Assembly (NCBI GenBank): GCA_033723415.1
Contig: JAWVXD010000011.1
Span: forward strand, 11,120 to 75,119
DNA length: 64,000 bases
Reading direction: 5' to 3'
Origin: Sulfurospirillaceae bacterium
GTDB lineage: Bacteria; Campylobacterota; Campylobacteria; Campylobacterales; Sulfurospirillaceae
Part shown: positions 40,655-51,434 of the stretch, in pieces
Layout: each line of letters begins with the position of its first letter
Position numbering within the stretch: position 1 is the stretch's first letter
Position numbers and translations under genes: made by a program
Notes under the pieces: generated by a model
Databases searched by the model: none
What the model was told of the DNA's origin: nothing
The model's input: the letters and a program-made list of their open reading frames with translations, nothing else

Positions 40655-41265
40655 TGGCAGATAAGAGAAACACCTGAATAATTAGTAGCTGCAGTCCCAT
40701 TGACATCTATCAAAACAAAATCTCCGGAAGTTATATTTTTGTCGTTATACATACATGATTTATTTGCATCAGTATAAGAGGCATAGATCCAAAAATCATT
40801 TTTATCCGGTTTTCCTGCTATGTCACTATTTGGCGCACTTGTATCAAAACGGACTCCATTTTGAGCGTTTGATGCAGGACCTGTGAAGATGGAGATGTTG
40901 TAGTCACTCCCGCTTGTGATGACTCCGTTTGCCGTACCGCTGACATTTTTAAATTTACCGTCATCGTTTTTGAGTACGTATTTAAAAGGTTTATTGTTAT
41001 CATTGCTTAGAAAAGTAGGATATCCTGCAGAGTTTAATTCACTAGAAGCTCTTTTATTGCCCCAAGTAAAGATGCCTTCATTGATACTCCATTCACCGTT
41101 TGCACTTTGTAGAACAGTAGAAACTGCCGAGATCGTTGCGATCTCGGCAGTCTTTTTGGCACCGTCTGTGATGCCTGATAGTTTCGGTATCGCTATGGAA
41201 GCGAGTATTCCTATGATGACAATGACAAAAATAAGCTCCACCATTGTAAATGCAGATCTTTTCAT
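40651..41265 (-). CDS. Type IV pilin (paralog 2)
   Basis: MKRSA|FTMVELIFVIVIIGILASIAIPK; C-terminal Cys pair. Confidence 0.88.
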   Translation of the reverse strand: MKRSAFTMVELIFVIVIIGILASIAIPKLSGITDGAKKTAEIATISAVSTVLQSANGEWSINEGIFTWGNKRASSELNSAGYPTFLSNDNNKPFKYVLKNDDGKFKNVSGTANGVITSGSDYNISIFTGPASNAQNGVRFDTSAPNSDIAGKPDKNDFWIYASYTDANKSCMYNDKNITSGDFVLIDVNGTAATNYSGVSLICH

Positions 41266-41277
41266 TGTAAAATCTTA

Positions 41278-41955
41278 TTAAGGAACAGGAGTTACGGTTG
41301 TTCCAGTTGTTGATCCATCACTAGGCGCAATATTGACACTTCCAACACTAAGAGCGGTAGTTCCATTGACATCAACTAGCCCGATTGATTGTGCATTAAC
41401 AGTTGCTTGTACTGTACTTGTACCAATTGTTCCGGTCACATTTAAGTCATAAGAGTTAGGATTAAATACCCAAAAGTCATTTTTATCCGGTTTGCCGGCT
41501 ATGTCTTGATTAGTTGCATCGGTTGGATAGCTGAGACCATTTGTCGCATCAGTTGCAGGACCTGTCAGTAATAGAACATCGCTTGAAGCATTTTGATCAC
41601 CGTCTCCTGAAATTGAGTTGGAGTGTTCAAAACCAATAATTTTAAATTTGTCACCCTTGTTCATGATAGCTTTTAATACGCCTTTTGCAGTGTTAATACT
41701 GTCATAAGTTGCTGCAGTTGCAGCGCCACTTATCACTCTATCATTCCAAGTTACGTTGTTATCGTTGTAGTCTTGTAGTCTAAATTCTTTTTTCCCTGCG
41801 ATTACACCGTCCATACTACTCATGGCAGATATTTCGCTGTTTGCCTTCGCATTATCTCGTACACCGTTAAATTTAGGTAAGGCAGTTGCAGCCAAAATAC
41901 CTATGATCACGATTACAAAGATTAATTCGATCATTGTAAAACCGTTCCTTTTCAT
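41278..41955 (-). CDS. Type IV pilin, candidate major pilin (MshA-like)
   Basis: MKRNG|FTMIELIFVIVIIGILAATALPKF; strong AGGAGAAGGA SD before ATG 41955; first gene of its own unit. Confidence 0.88.
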   Translation of the reverse strand: MKRNGFTMIELIFVIVIIGILAATALPKFNGVRDNAKANSEISAMSSMDGVIAGKKEFRLQDYNDNNVTWNDRVISGAATAATYDSINTAKGVLKAIMNKGDKFKIIGFEHSNSISGDGDQNASSDVLLLTGPATDATNGLSYPTDATNQDIAGKPDKNDFWVFNPNSYDLNVTGTIGTSTVQATVNAQSIGLVDVNGTTALSVGSVNIAPSDGSTTGTTVTPVP

Positions 41956-42072
41956 ATTCCTTCTCCTAAAGTTAGTTTGGGGCAAAGTATAGCGTATATT
42001 ATGTAAATAACAGATGAATTTTATGATAAATCAATAGTTTTTTCTATATAATTGCGCCCTTAAAGGATAAAA

Positions 42073-44100
42073 ATGCCACTTTCAAAGCTAAATACAGAAC
42101 AATATGCTGCTGCAACAACAGATGCGGGATCAAATCTAATAGTTGCAAGTGCCGGAACCGGAAAGACTTCAACGATAGTAGCAAGGATCGCGTATTTATT
42201 AAGTCAAGATGTAAAACCACAGCATATATTATTGCTGACTTTTACAAATAAAGCAGCTCAAGAGATGTTAGAGCGCGTTTCCAGGTATTTTGATAAATCA
42301 ATAGTAGAAAAGATAGAATCTGGGACCTTTCATGCTGTAAGTTACAGGCTTTTAAAAAGACTGGGGAAAAATATAACGCTTAAACAGCCAAAAGATTTGA
42401 AGATGTTGCTAAAAACCATCCATGCAAAAAGGAGATTTGATCATATCGATTCGGGTGTCAAAGCGTATCAATCTTCTTATCTATATGATCTGTTCTGTTT
42501 GTATCAAAACTCAACCGTTGAGCTTAGTTTTTCGCAGTGGCTCGAAGAGCAAGAGAGCGATCATGGGGTTTATTTTGATATTTATGAAGATATATTTGAA
42601 GAATTTAAAGATTTGAAAAAAGAGTATGGATATGTGGATTTCAATGATCTCTTGATTCGTATGAGAGATGCTCTAAAAGTCGATGAGACGATAAAATTTT
42701 CTGAAGTTTTAGTGGATGAATACCAAGATACGAATATTTTACAAAACTCTCTCATTGATGCGTTTGATAAAAAATCGCTATTTTGTGTCGGCGATTATGA
42801 TCAGAGTATATATGCTTTTAACGGTGCGGATATCGGTATTATCAGCACTTTTACATCACGATACAAAGATGCGAAAGTTTTCACGTTAAACAAAAATTAT
42901 CGCTCTACGCAAGAGATCCTCTCTTTGGCTAACAAAGTGATAAACTACAATCCAAGAATTTATGACAAACAACTGGAAGTGACAAGAACCACCAAGTCAG
43001 AAGCCCCAAGACTATTGATATATGAAGAGCTTTTTACCCAATACCACGCTATTTCTTCTCTCATAAAAGACTCAACCACGCCCTATCATGACATAGCGGT
43101 CATTTTTAGAAACAATTCAAGTGCCGATGGTATCGAGGCCACACTAAAAGAACAGGGCATTGCATGCAAGCGAAAAGGGGGGATCAGCTTTTTTGACTCA
43201 CGAGAAGTTAAAGCGTTGATCGATCTTGTGAGCGTTGTTGTGAATCCCAAAGACATGATGGCGTTTATCCATCTTTTTGAATACGCCAAAGGTGTCGGAG
43301 CGGCACTTTCAAAAGAGTTATTTGAAGGACTTTTTAAATTAGGAAACGGCAATATTTACCAAGGTTTTTTCCACCCTATGGAAGATGTTAATCCTTTTAA
43401 GGCGAGAGTCAAAAATTATCAACTGGGTCTTTTCGATGAACATCACGAATTTGGAAGCGTGGGGAGATTTTACAAACTAGGTTTTGAAGAGGCTTTTTTA
43501 TCAAATCCTATTTTGAAACACTCAAGACTCAGCGAAGAGGGAGCAGTATTTTTGCACTCATTTTACAAATTTTTAAAACAAACAACGCGTGTTAAAAGCC
43601 CAAAAACTCTAGTATCTCATGCTATGGAGTCTGATATTTTTTCTACAATCACCGAGCATTTAGCTACTCAACGAGCTACAAAGAAAGACGGGGGAGTGGA
43701 TGAAGGGATCAAAGAAGAAGTTAAAAAAAGGATTCTTAGAAAAGGATACTTGCTACAAGAGATCGCTTCATCCTATACTTCGAGCGAGAGATTTTTAAAT
43801 GCGATCACTCTAGGAAGCGGAGAGATGAGTGAAGGAGAGGGTGTAAATCTACTCAGTATCCATGCAAGCAAAGGTTTAGAATTTAGTGAAGTTTTTGTCA
43901 TCGATCTTATGGACGGCAGATTCCCAAATAGGAAGCTGATGAGCAAGGGTGGCAGCTTAGAGGAAGAGAGAAGACTGTTTTACGTAGCGACCACTCGCGC
44001 AAAAGACAAACTGGCACTTTCGTTTGCCAAATATGATAAAATAAAAAAGATTTCATATGTACATTCACCTTTTTTAATCGAGGCTGGCTTTAGTATTTAA
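42073..44100 (+). CDS. UvrD/Rep-family ATP-dependent DNA helicase
   Basis: ASAGTGKT, LLTFTNKAA, VDEYQDTN, VGDYDQSIY, NYRS, SIHASKGLEF, EERRLFYVATTRA. Confidence 0.93.
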   Translation: MPLSKLNTEQYAAATTDAGSNLIVASAGTGKTSTIVARIAYLLSQDVKPQHILLLTFTNKAAQEMLERVSRYFDKSIVEKIESGTFHAVSYRLLKRLGKNITLKQPKDLKMLLKTIHAKRRFDHIDSGVKAYQSSYLYDLFCLYQNSTVELSFSQWLEEQESDHGVYFDIYEDIFEEFKDLKKEYGYVDFNDLLIRMRDALKVDETIKFSEVLVDEYQDTNILQNSLIDAFDKKSLFCVGDYDQSIYAFNGADIGIISTFTSRYKDAKVFTLNKNYRSTQEILSLANKVINYNPRIYDKQLEVTRTTKSEAPRLLIYEELFTQYHAISSLIKDSTTPYHDIAVIFRNNSSADGIEATLKEQGIACKRKGGISFFDSREVKALIDLVSVVVNPKDMMAFIHLFEYAKGVGAALSKELFEGLFKLGNGNIYQGFFHPMEDVNPFKARVKNYQLGLFDEHHEFGSVGRFYKLGFEEAFLSNPILKHSRLSEEGAVFLHSFYKFLKQTTRVKSPKTLVSHAMESDIFSTITEHLATQRATKKDGGVDEGIKEEVKKRILRKGYLLQEIASSYTSSERFLNAITLGSGEMSEGEGVNLLSIHASKGLEFSEVFVIDLMDGRFPNRKLMSKGGSLEEERRLFYVATTRAKDKLALSFAKYDKIKKISYVHSPFLIEAGFSI

Positions 44101-44132
44101 TAATTATTTACCAAAACTCTATATAATCGCTT

Positions 44133-46148
44133 ATGATAAAAGAAGACAAAAAAACTCTTATTTTATATTTAATATTATTTATAGGGATTACTATGCAGGC
44201 TGCAATTTATACAAACGATTTAATACATGAAGATTCTCCATATCTAAGACAACATGCCCACAATCCGGTGCATTGGATGCCTTGGGCGGATAAAGCTTTT
44301 GCGAAGGCAGAAAAAGAGAACAAACTGATCTTCCTATCTATAGGTTATAGTACCTGTCATTGGTGTCATGTTATGGAGAGGGAAACTTTTGAAAATGAAA
44401 GCTCAGCTAAGATTCTCAATAACGATTTCATAAGCATAAAAGTTGATAGAGAAGAGATGCCGGATATTGACAAATACTATCAAGATGTTTTTTATTTATT
44501 GAACAAAAGGGCAGGAGGATGGCCTCTTAGTATAATCATGACACCAAATCGAGAAGTTATATTTGCTGCAACTTATCTGCCTCCTGTCGATACACCAAAC
44601 ATGTCAAGCTTCAACCATGTCATGAGCTTTATATCAGACAAATTCAAAAATGCTCCACACGAAGTAGAGAAAAGTGCAAAAAGTATCTCTGCTGCATTAG
44701 AGCGCTACAATGCAACAGATGCCACAAAGGACAGTATTGACACAAGTGTGCTAGAACAATTTGTTAATGGTGTAAAAAGTAGTTTTGATGAGCTAAATAA
44801 AGGCATAGGACAAGCTCCTAAATTCCCTCATGCCAGTACCTTTGACGTGCTGCTGGATATATATAAAACTACAAAAAATCAAGAAGCACTTTTTATGGCA
44901 GAAGATGCCTTGGATGCCATGGCCAAAGGCGGTATTAATGATCAAATAGAAGGTGGATTTTACAGATATAGTACGGATGAAGCCTGGATGATACCGCACT
45001 TTGAAAAGATGCTTTATACCAATGCAGAGCTGATAGAGGCTTATTCAAATCTATATAGTATAAAGCCGACACAGTTTACGAAAAAGATCATAGAAGATAC
45101 GATAAAAAATATGGATGAGCGATTTTTACAAAATGGTCTATACAAAAGTGCCAGTGATGCAGATAGCGAGGGAGTTGAGGGTAAATATTTTGTCTTTGAG
45201 TATGCATCTGCCAAAACCGCTTTAGAAAATTCAGGATTTGACCAAGCAGAAGCAGATACGATTTTAAAATATTTTAATATAACAAAATACGGTAATTTTG
45301 AAGAAGGAACTACAAATCCTTATGTTGATGAAGCAAATACGCCGAAAAATATAGAAAAGGCAAAAGAAGTATTGAAAAAGTTAAGAAGTCATGTTTCTTA
45401 TCCGTTTATTGATGATAAAATCTTGACTTCATGGAATGCATTGATGGCATCTGCTCTCTTTGAAGCCGGAACTATAGATGAAAAATACTCTAAAAAAGGT
45501 GTAAAGTTAGTAGATGATATGCTTAAAAATCTACAAAAAGACGGAGTTTTGTATCACCAGGTTTTATTTGGTTCTACTCTAAAGGTCAAAGGTTTGCTAG
45601 AAGATTATGCATTTTTGATAGATGCGTTGATAAAAGCAAATCAATATACGCAAGATTCCAAATATTTACAAATCGCTCAGTCTTTGACACATGAAGCGAT
45701 ACTGAAATTTTACAAAGATGATACTTGGTATTTATCTGATGGAGATTTCAAATCAAAAGCTCCGCTGGATGATTCAAGTTATAAAAGTGCGAGTGCAAAG
45801 ATGATACAAAATATTTTTACCGTCTCTTTGCTTAGCGGCGATACGGATTTGTATTTTCAAGCTCAAAACATGATTGCTTATATTGCTGCGAAGGTTAAAA
45901 ATTATCCATCAGCATATCCTGAGGCCATCAAGGCTGTTATCATGGACAAGATCGGAGAAATTCTTTTAAAAGGACCAAAGCACGATATAAAAGAGTTAAG
46001 AAAGCTAAAAAGTGATCTGGAGTATCCTTTTATATATGTATCTGAGACAAATGAAAGTATGTTTCAGGCTTGTTCAAACACAGAGTGTTTTTCTACGTCA
46101 AATAATATTGATGAAATAAAAACAGACATCAAAAATCATTTGAAATAA
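44133..46148 (+). CDS. Thioredoxin-domain protein (YyaL/DUF255)
   Basis: [48 protein letters not shown]. Confidence 0.9.
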   Translation: MIKEDKKTLILYLILFIGITMQAAIYTNDLIHEDSPYLRQHAHNPVHWMPWADKAFAKAEKENKLIFLSIGYSTCHWCHVMERETFENESSAKILNNDFISIKVDREEMPDIDKYYQDVFYLLNKRAGGWPLSIIMTPNREVIFAATYLPPVDTPNMSSFNHVMSFISDKFKNAPHEVEKSAKSISAALERYNATDATKDSIDTSVLEQFVNGVKSSFDELNKGIGQAPKFPHASTFDVLLDIYKTTKNQEALFMAEDALDAMAKGGINDQIEGGFYRYSTDEAWMIPHFEKMLYTNAELIEAYSNLYSIKPTQFTKKIIEDTIKNMDERFLQNGLYKSASDADSEGVEGKYFVFEYASAKTALENSGFDQAEADTILKYFNITKYGNFEEGTTNPYVDEANTPKNIEKAKEVLKKLRSHVSYPFIDDKILTSWNALMASALFEAGTIDEKYSKKGVKLVDDMLKNLQKDGVLYHQVLFGSTLKVKGLLEDYAFLIDALIKANQYTQDSKYLQIAQSLTHEAILKFYKDDTWYLSDGDFKSKAPLDDSSYKSASAKMIQNIFTVSLLSGDTDLYFQAQNMIAYIAAKVKNYPSAYPEAIKAVIMDKIGEILLKGPKHDIKELRKLKSDLEYPFIYVSETNESMFQACSNTECFSTSNNIDEIKTDIKNHLK

Positions 46149-46150
46149 AA

Positions 46151-46171
46151 TAGGGGGGGCAATGCCCCCTA
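46151..46171. terminator. Hairpin between convergent yyaL-like gene and htpG
   Basis: GGGGGC-AAT-GCCCCC stem flanked by A tracts. Confidence 0.65.
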
Positions 46172-46176
46172 AAGCT

Positions 46177-48090
46177 TTATATTGCTTTTGCTATATATTT
46201 ATTTAATCTTTTAGTGAAACCTGAGATATCATCTATCTTCATGCCCTCAGCCAACTTAGCTTGATCTAAAAGCAGATACGATACATCCTGTAAGGCTGCA
46301 AAATCTTGCTTATCTAGAATCCTTGCAAATATTTCATGTTTTGCATTTAGCTCAAGGATCGGTTTTACATTTGGTAGATTTTCCTGTCCCATTTGTTTTA
46401 ACATCTCTTGCATCTGAAAATCTGGATCATTCTTGTCATATACAAGAACAGAAGGAGAATCACTTAGTCTTGAAGAAATTTTGACATCTTTTACGTCATC
46501 TTTTAGGATTTCTTTGATCTTAACTAAGATTTGTTGGAAGTTCTTTTCATCTTCTTCACTTATCTTGTCTTCTTCTTTGATTTCTTCGTCTATATCAGAG
46601 TTGTTTACAGGTTTGATTGGCGTTTTATCATATTCACCTACCATTGGAATAACGATTGCATCAACTTCTTCATCAAGTAAAAGAACTTCTATATCTTTTG
46701 CCTTAAATTGCTCTATAAGAGGTGAGTTTTTTAGTAAAACTTCATTTTGTCCCGTGATATAGTAGATGCTTTTTTGATCTTCTCCCATAGCATCTTTATA
46801 CTCTTTCAAAGAGATCAATCCTTCTCTTTTGCTAGATTTAAACATGACAAGATCCAAAAGAGCTTCTTTGTTCTCAAAATCTCCATATAAGCCCTCTTTG
46901 AGTACTCTACCGAAAGTATTGTAAAATTCGAGGTATTTTTCACTGTCTTTTTCTTTGAGTTTTTTGAGCTCGCCGAGTATCTTTTTGACAGAAGATCTTT
47001 TTATTGTTTCTAAGATTCTGTTTTGCTGAAGTATTTCACGGCTTACATTCAGAGGTAGATCTTCAGCATCGATGATCCCTCTTACAAATCTAAGATATGT
47101 CGGTAGAAGTTCTTTTTCATCATCTGTGATAAAAACTCTTTTGACATAGAGCTTGACACCCGGTTTATAATCAACACGGAAAAGATCCATAGGCTGTGTC
47201 GATGGTATGAAAAAGAGAGTTTTATACTCTATAGTGCCTTCAGCTTTTGTGTGTATCCATAGTAGTGGATCAGTGCTGTCATGAGAGATTTGCTTATAAA
47301 AGTCTTTGTATTCATCGTCTTTGATTTGGGATTTATTTATGGTCCATAGTGCAGAAGCTTTGTTGATTTGGACTTCTTTTATCTCTTTTTTAGGCTCTTC
47401 TTTTTCATCTTTTGCTGGAATTGTCTCTTCTTTATCCATAAAGATTTCAAACGGTATGTGATTTGAGTATTTTTTGATGATCGCTTCTATTCTATAGAAC
47501 TCTAAAAATTCCAATTCGTCATCTTTTAGGTGCAGTGTAATTGTTGTTCCAAAATCTTCTTTTTGAGATTTTGAGATTTCGTATTCTCCACTTGCTTCGC
47601 TAGACCATAGGTATGCTTCATCTTCATTTGCTTTTTTTGTTAAAACTTCTATTTTATTCGCGACCATAAAAGCTGAGTAGAAACCGACTCCAAATTGCCC
47701 TATAAGTTGAGAGTCTTTTTTATTATCTCCGCTCAATTGTGAAATGAAAGATTTTGTCCCGCTTTTTGCAATAGTTCCAAGATTTTCAACTAAATCTTCT
47801 TCATTCATCCCTATCCCATTATCACTGATAGACAGAGTTTTTGCTTCTTTGTTGAATTCGATCTTGATCTTTGGTCTAAAAGACAAAGATTTATAAGAAT
47901 CATCAGTAAGCGTTAGATAATTTAGTTTATCAAGCGCATCAGATGAATTTGAGATGAGTTCTCTCAAAAATATTTCTTTATTTGAGTATAAAGAGTGAAT
48001 CATGAGATCAAGAAGTTGTGTAACCTCTGTTTGAAATTTATGTTTGTGTGTTGTATTTTCTGTCGAATTGTCATTTGGTTTTTTTGGCAT
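46177..48090 (-). CDS. htpG: Chaperone HtpG (Hsp90)
   Basis: [52 protein letters not shown]. Confidence 0.97.
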   Translation of the reverse strand: MPKKPNDNSTENTTHKHKFQTEVTQLLDLMIHSLYSNKEIFLRELISNSSDALDKLNYLTLTDDSYKSLSFRPKIKIEFNKEAKTLSISDNGIGMNEEDLVENLGTIAKSGTKSFISQLSGDNKKDSQLIGQFGVGFYSAFMVANKIEVLTKKANEDEAYLWSSEASGEYEISKSQKEDFGTTITLHLKDDELEFLEFYRIEAIIKKYSNHIPFEIFMDKEETIPAKDEKEEPKKEIKEVQINKASALWTINKSQIKDDEYKDFYKQISHDSTDPLLWIHTKAEGTIEYKTLFFIPSTQPMDLFRVDYKPGVKLYVKRVFITDDEKELLPTYLRFVRGIIDAEDLPLNVSREILQQNRILETIKRSSVKKILGELKKLKEKDSEKYLEFYNTFGRVLKEGLYGDFENKEALLDLVMFKSSKREGLISLKEYKDAMGEDQKSIYYITGQNEVLLKNSPLIEQFKAKDIEVLLLDEEVDAIVIPMVGEYDKTPIKPVNNSDIDEEIKEEDKISEEDEKNFQQILVKIKEILKDDVKDVKISSRLSDSPSVLVYDKNDPDFQMQEMLKQMGQENLPNVKPILELNAKHEIFARILDKQDFAALQDVSYLLLDQAKLAEGMKIDDISGFTKRLNKYIAKAI

Positions 48091-48187
48091 ATTTTCTCCT
48101 TTATTGTGTTAATTTTTAAGATTGTTATTTTAAATAGAGTGGAATTTTACCACAATTTTGGTAAAAGTTTAATAAAAATATGAAATA

Positions 48188-48210
48188 AACTTTAGTCTCT
48201 TCTGTCAACT
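48188..48210 (-). promoter_or_regulatory. HAIR-like (HspR) operator upstream of htpG
   Basis: Minus strand AGTTGACAGAAGAGACTAAAGTT shares TTGACA and GAGACTAAAGTT with the clpB promoter. Confidence 0.5.
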
Positions 48211-48216
48211 TTGAGT

Positions 48217-48603
48217 TTATTTCAAAATATATTCCAAGCCTTTAAACCCAATTCCTGCGAAAAGAACGGTTCCAAAAACATTGAGCATCATGTTGGAAAA
48301 TCCCAGGAAAACACTTCCTTCACTAAAGAGCCAAAAAGTTTCTAGCGCAAAGGTAGAGTATGTGGTGAGAGCACCCATCATACCGGTTGAAAGCAATGAT
48401 TTCATGTGTGGAGAAAAGATATCTGTATAAGTAAAAAGTGCAAACAAGACTCCTAAAGTCAAACTACCGATCAGATTGACGCCGAGTGTTCCAAAAGGAA
48501 GATCATGAGGAACATGTTTATTGATAACACCGTTTAAATATGCCCGGAGTATTGCACCTATAAAACCACCGCTACCTATTGCTAGTAAAGTTTGCAAGCT
48601 CAT
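48217..48603 (-). CDS. crcB: Fluoride channel CrcB/FluC
   Basis: GGFIGAILR, PFGTLGVNLIGS, GMMGALTTYSTF. Confidence 0.95.
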   Translation of the reverse strand: MSLQTLLAIGSGGFIGAILRAYLNGVINKHVPHDLPFGTLGVNLIGSLTLGVLFALFTYTDIFSPHMKSLLSTGMMGALTTYSTFALETFWLFSEGSVFLGFSNMMLNVFGTVLFAGIGFKGLEYILK

Positions 48604-49273
48604 CGTTTAGTACCTTTTGCATGTTTTCTTTGATATTGTTATACCAGTTTTCATCTTCTTTTGGATTTACTACGTCTAAAAATTTTACTATTACACTTCC
48701 GCTATGTGCCTCGATATTTTGTGAGTCTAGTATGTACCTTGTGTTGACAACGACAACAGGTTGGACTTTAAGTTCAAGTTTCTCAGCCAAAAATTTTGCT
48801 CCGTTTTGAAACTTTAGTATCTTTTCCCCGTCACTTCTAGTTCCTTCAGGAAATATAGCGATAACTCTTCCTTTGGACAGTCGATCCTTTGCTTCTTTTA
48901 CGAGTTTTACCAAAGATCTTCTATCCTTCCTGTCTATGATTATCATCTTTGGAGCTTCTAATATATGTCCAAACAGTGGAATATCTCGAATCTCTTTTTT
49001 AGCAACCCAACATAAATCTTTTGGATGTATCGCTTCTAGTGATGTGATATCAAGTAAACTTTGGTGATTTACAAGTATAAGCTCAGCATCTAAATTTGGT
49101 GTGCCCTTTTGAATGATCTTAAAATTTATCAAAAAAGTTTGCATCTTTGCCCATGTCTGTCTTATTTTGTAGGTGCTGTTTTTGAAAATGTACATTAAAA
49201 TTATCGTAACAAGTACTGTAAAAACAAACTGTGCCATTATAAATAGTGCTTTAATTTTTGATAACATTTGCAT
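48572..49273 (-). CDS. plsC: 1-acyl-sn-glycerol-3-phosphate acyltransferase
   Basis: NHQSLLD, AKKE, FPEGTRS. Confidence 0.9.
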   Translation of the reverse strand: MQMLSKIKALFIMAQFVFTVLVTIILMYIFKNSTYKIRQTWAKMQTFLINFKIIQKGTPNLDAELILVNHQSLLDITSLEAIHPKDLCWVAKKEIRDIPLFGHILEAPKMIIIDRKDRRSLVKLVKEAKDRLSKGRVIAIFPEGTRSDGEKILKFQNGAKFLAEKLELKVQPVVVVNTRYILDSQNIEAHSGSVIVKFLDVVNPKEDENWYNNIKENMQKVLNDELANFTSNR

Positions 49274-50417
49274 CCTTTATCCAGCCAATTTTTCCGTTTG
49301 GAAGGATTATTTTTATATAGTTGTTTATTTTTTTGATCTTTTGAGCATAAATGATCCTAGGCGTTACAAAGAAAACCGTAGAATTCCTTGTCGGCAATAT
49401 GTAAACCTTTGTATCTGCAGAGATTTTGATACTGCTTAGAGGATTCATATTTATGAAGAACATGATCACAGTAAATACTAAAAGTAACAAATAGATTACT
49501 CTTCTTCTCGTGATAGCAAGTATCAGAAAGATTATAGCAAAAAGTCCGTACATGGCATTTTTATAAATCTTAAATCCGTCATCTTTAGGATTTAGATTGC
49601 TTTGTGTACTCACATCATCATTATCTACTACTATATCAACGCTTTTTTTCACAAAATTATTTTCTTTAGTATTAAAGTATGTAAAGGTGAGACTTTCTGT
49701 ATGTTTTGGGATAATAGCATAATAATAAATCTTATAATATGGCGTATTATCCTCTGCTGAATCTATACCGTCTCTTAGTACTGTAGATAGTTTGAAATCT
49801 TTTAGATTTGAGTTTTTTGCTTCGATCTCAAGTACTGTTATGAGATTCTTCTCGTCAAAATTTGATGTTTTACTCTTAATTATATCTAATGAATCTGCTA
49901 TAACGTTTGAAAAATATTTGTCCGCATTTAGATTTATTATATTTAATGAAAGAGGAGGGAATAATTGTGAATTTGTGATATTTCCGTCTTTATACAGATC
50001 AAAAGATATCTCCGGAAAAGTTGCATTTTTATCCACTACTTTGAAGTAAAAAGTCTTAAAAAACAATTCATTGTTCTTCCATTTCCAGTTTTCGTCTGTA
50101 TTTAGAATATCTATGCCATTGTTTTTGATTATATTATTTTTTATCTCATCAAAGTCTTGTGTTGAGACTAGAGCTTTTACTTTTATTGGAAAAATTTGCC
50201 CGACAAATACTTTATCAGGCACATCTTGATAAGATAAAAATATAGTTTGTTTCTGATCTATAAGATTTGTGGCATTTGTTTCATTACTATCATTTTTATC
50301 ATTGCTTGAAATTGTAAGGTTACTTGCTTCTTGCGTTAAATTAGTGTCGCTACTTATATTTAGATCATTGCCAAAAACTATAGAAACTAAAAAAACAAAA
50401 ACAAAAACAATCCTCAT
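49251..50417 (-). CDS. Exported membrane-anchored protein with C-terminal SH3-like domain
   Basis: Signal peptide, two TM near the C-terminus, ILPTRNST...YIKIILPNGKIGWIK; lies between purQ and plsC. Confidence 0.75.
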   Translation of the reverse strand: MRIVFVFVFLVSIVFGNDLNISSDTNLTQEASNLTISSNDKNDSNETNATNLIDQKQTIFLSYQDVPDKVFVGQIFPIKVKALVSTQDFDEIKNNIIKNNGIDILNTDENWKWKNNELFFKTFYFKVVDKNATFPEISFDLYKDGNITNSQLFPPLSLNIINLNADKYFSNVIADSLDIIKSKTSNFDEKNLITVLEIEAKNSNLKDFKLSTVLRDGIDSAEDNTPYYKIYYYAIIPKHTESLTFTYFNTKENNFVKKSVDIVVDNDDVSTQSNLNPKDDGFKIYKNAMYGLFAIIFLILAITRRRVIYLLLLVFTVIMFFINMNPLSSIKISADTKVYILPTRNSTVFFVTPRIIYAQKIKKINNYIKIILPNGKIGWIKDANVIKN

Positions 50418-50421
50418 GTGA

Positions 50422-51093
50422 TTATTTTAAAAATCCCTCTAACATTCTAACTCCGTCATTTGAACCAAGTATATCTTCTATAGCTCGCTCCGGATGAGGC
50501 ATAAGTCCAAAGATATTTTTATTTTTATTGCAAATCCCGGCGATTGATCCTATAGATCCGTTTGGATTTTCCGTATTGCCGTTTTCATCACAATATTCTA
50601 AAAGTATTTGATTGTTATCATACAGGTCTTTTAGTCCATCGTCATCTATAAAATAATTACCTTCGCCATGAGCTATAGGAATATTTATAATCTCTCCTTT
50701 TTGAAAATTTTTCAAAAAAGTATTGTCATTGTTAATAACCTTTAAGTGCTGGTACTTGGATATAAAGTGAGTATTTTGATTTCGCTTCATAGCACCTTGT
50801 AACAACTTTGTTTCCAAGAGCATCTGAAATCCGTTGCAAATGCCAAGCACCAAGCCACCTCTGTTAGCATAACCGATAGTAGCATTCATGATAGGAGAAA
50901 ACTTAGCAATAGCAGCACTTCTTAAGTAGTCTCCATAGCTAAAACCACCGGGGAGAACGACCAAGTCAGTTCCGCTTGGCAGTACTTCTTCTTTATGAAA
51001 TACCAATTCTACGGTAGCACCTAGTTTTTCAAAAGCGTATTTTGTATCTATTTCACAATTTGTACCTGGAAATACGGCAACTGCAACTTTCAT
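50422..51093 (-). CDS. purQ: FGAM synthase glutaminase subunit
   Basis: FPGTNC, PGGFSYGDYLR, GICNGFQ, AHGEG, MPHPER. Confidence 0.97.
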   Translation of the reverse strand: MKVAVAVFPGTNCEIDTKYAFEKLGATVELVFHKEEVLPSGTDLVVLPGGFSYGDYLRSAAIAKFSPIMNATIGYANRGGLVLGICNGFQMLLETKLLQGAMKRNQNTHFISKYQHLKVINNDNTFLKNFQKGEIINIPIAHGEGNYFIDDDGLKDLYDNNQILLEYCDENGNTENPNGSIGSIAGICNKNKNIFGLMPHPERAIEDILGSNDGVRMLEGFLK

Positions 51094-51139
51094 ATTAATT
51101 CCTCTGTATTGAGCGAATTTGTATTTAGATCAAACATTT

Positions 51140-51379
51140 TCATACAATCTCTATATTATAAGTTTCTATAACGGTATTAGCAAGAAGTTCTTCACACATT
51201 TCTTCTACTCTTTTAAATGCTTTTTCCTCGTCATCACCCTCTAGATCAAGAATGATCTGCTTACCTACTCTAACATTTTGAACTTCATTGAATTTTAAGG
51301 CAAGCAGTGCATGTGAGACTGCTTTACCTTGAGGATCCAAGACGCCTTCTTTTAATTGAATATTTACGATTACTTTCAT
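51140..51379 (-). CDS. purS: FGAM synthase subunit PurS
   Basis: LKEGVLDPQG, VRVGK, LLANTVIE. Confidence 0.95.
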   Translation of the reverse strand: MKVIVNIQLKEGVLDPQGKAVSHALLALKFNEVQNVRVGKQIILDLEGDDEEKAFKRVEEMCEELLANTVIETYNIEIV

Positions 51380-51434
51380 CAAATCTCTCCTTGTAACTTA
51401 ATTTTGAATTTCAAGATCTAAAAAATTTAAAATT

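Noticed and set aside
40651..41955. Pilins as conductive e-pili linked to Cyc2
   Set aside because: They are long pilins with sparse aromatic residues and lack the Geobacter-type Y27/Y32 pattern; nothing supports conductivity.
44340..44375. CHWCH in the YyaL-like protein as a heme-c site
   Set aside because: It is the conserved thioredoxin-like motif of the DUF255 family.
46153..46159. G7 tract as a phase-variation site
   Set aside because: Intergenic between convergent genes and part of a terminator stem.
48572..48700. Fluoride riboswitch upstream of crcB
   Set aside because: The crcB start overlaps plsC coding sequence; there is no leader and no recognisable motif.
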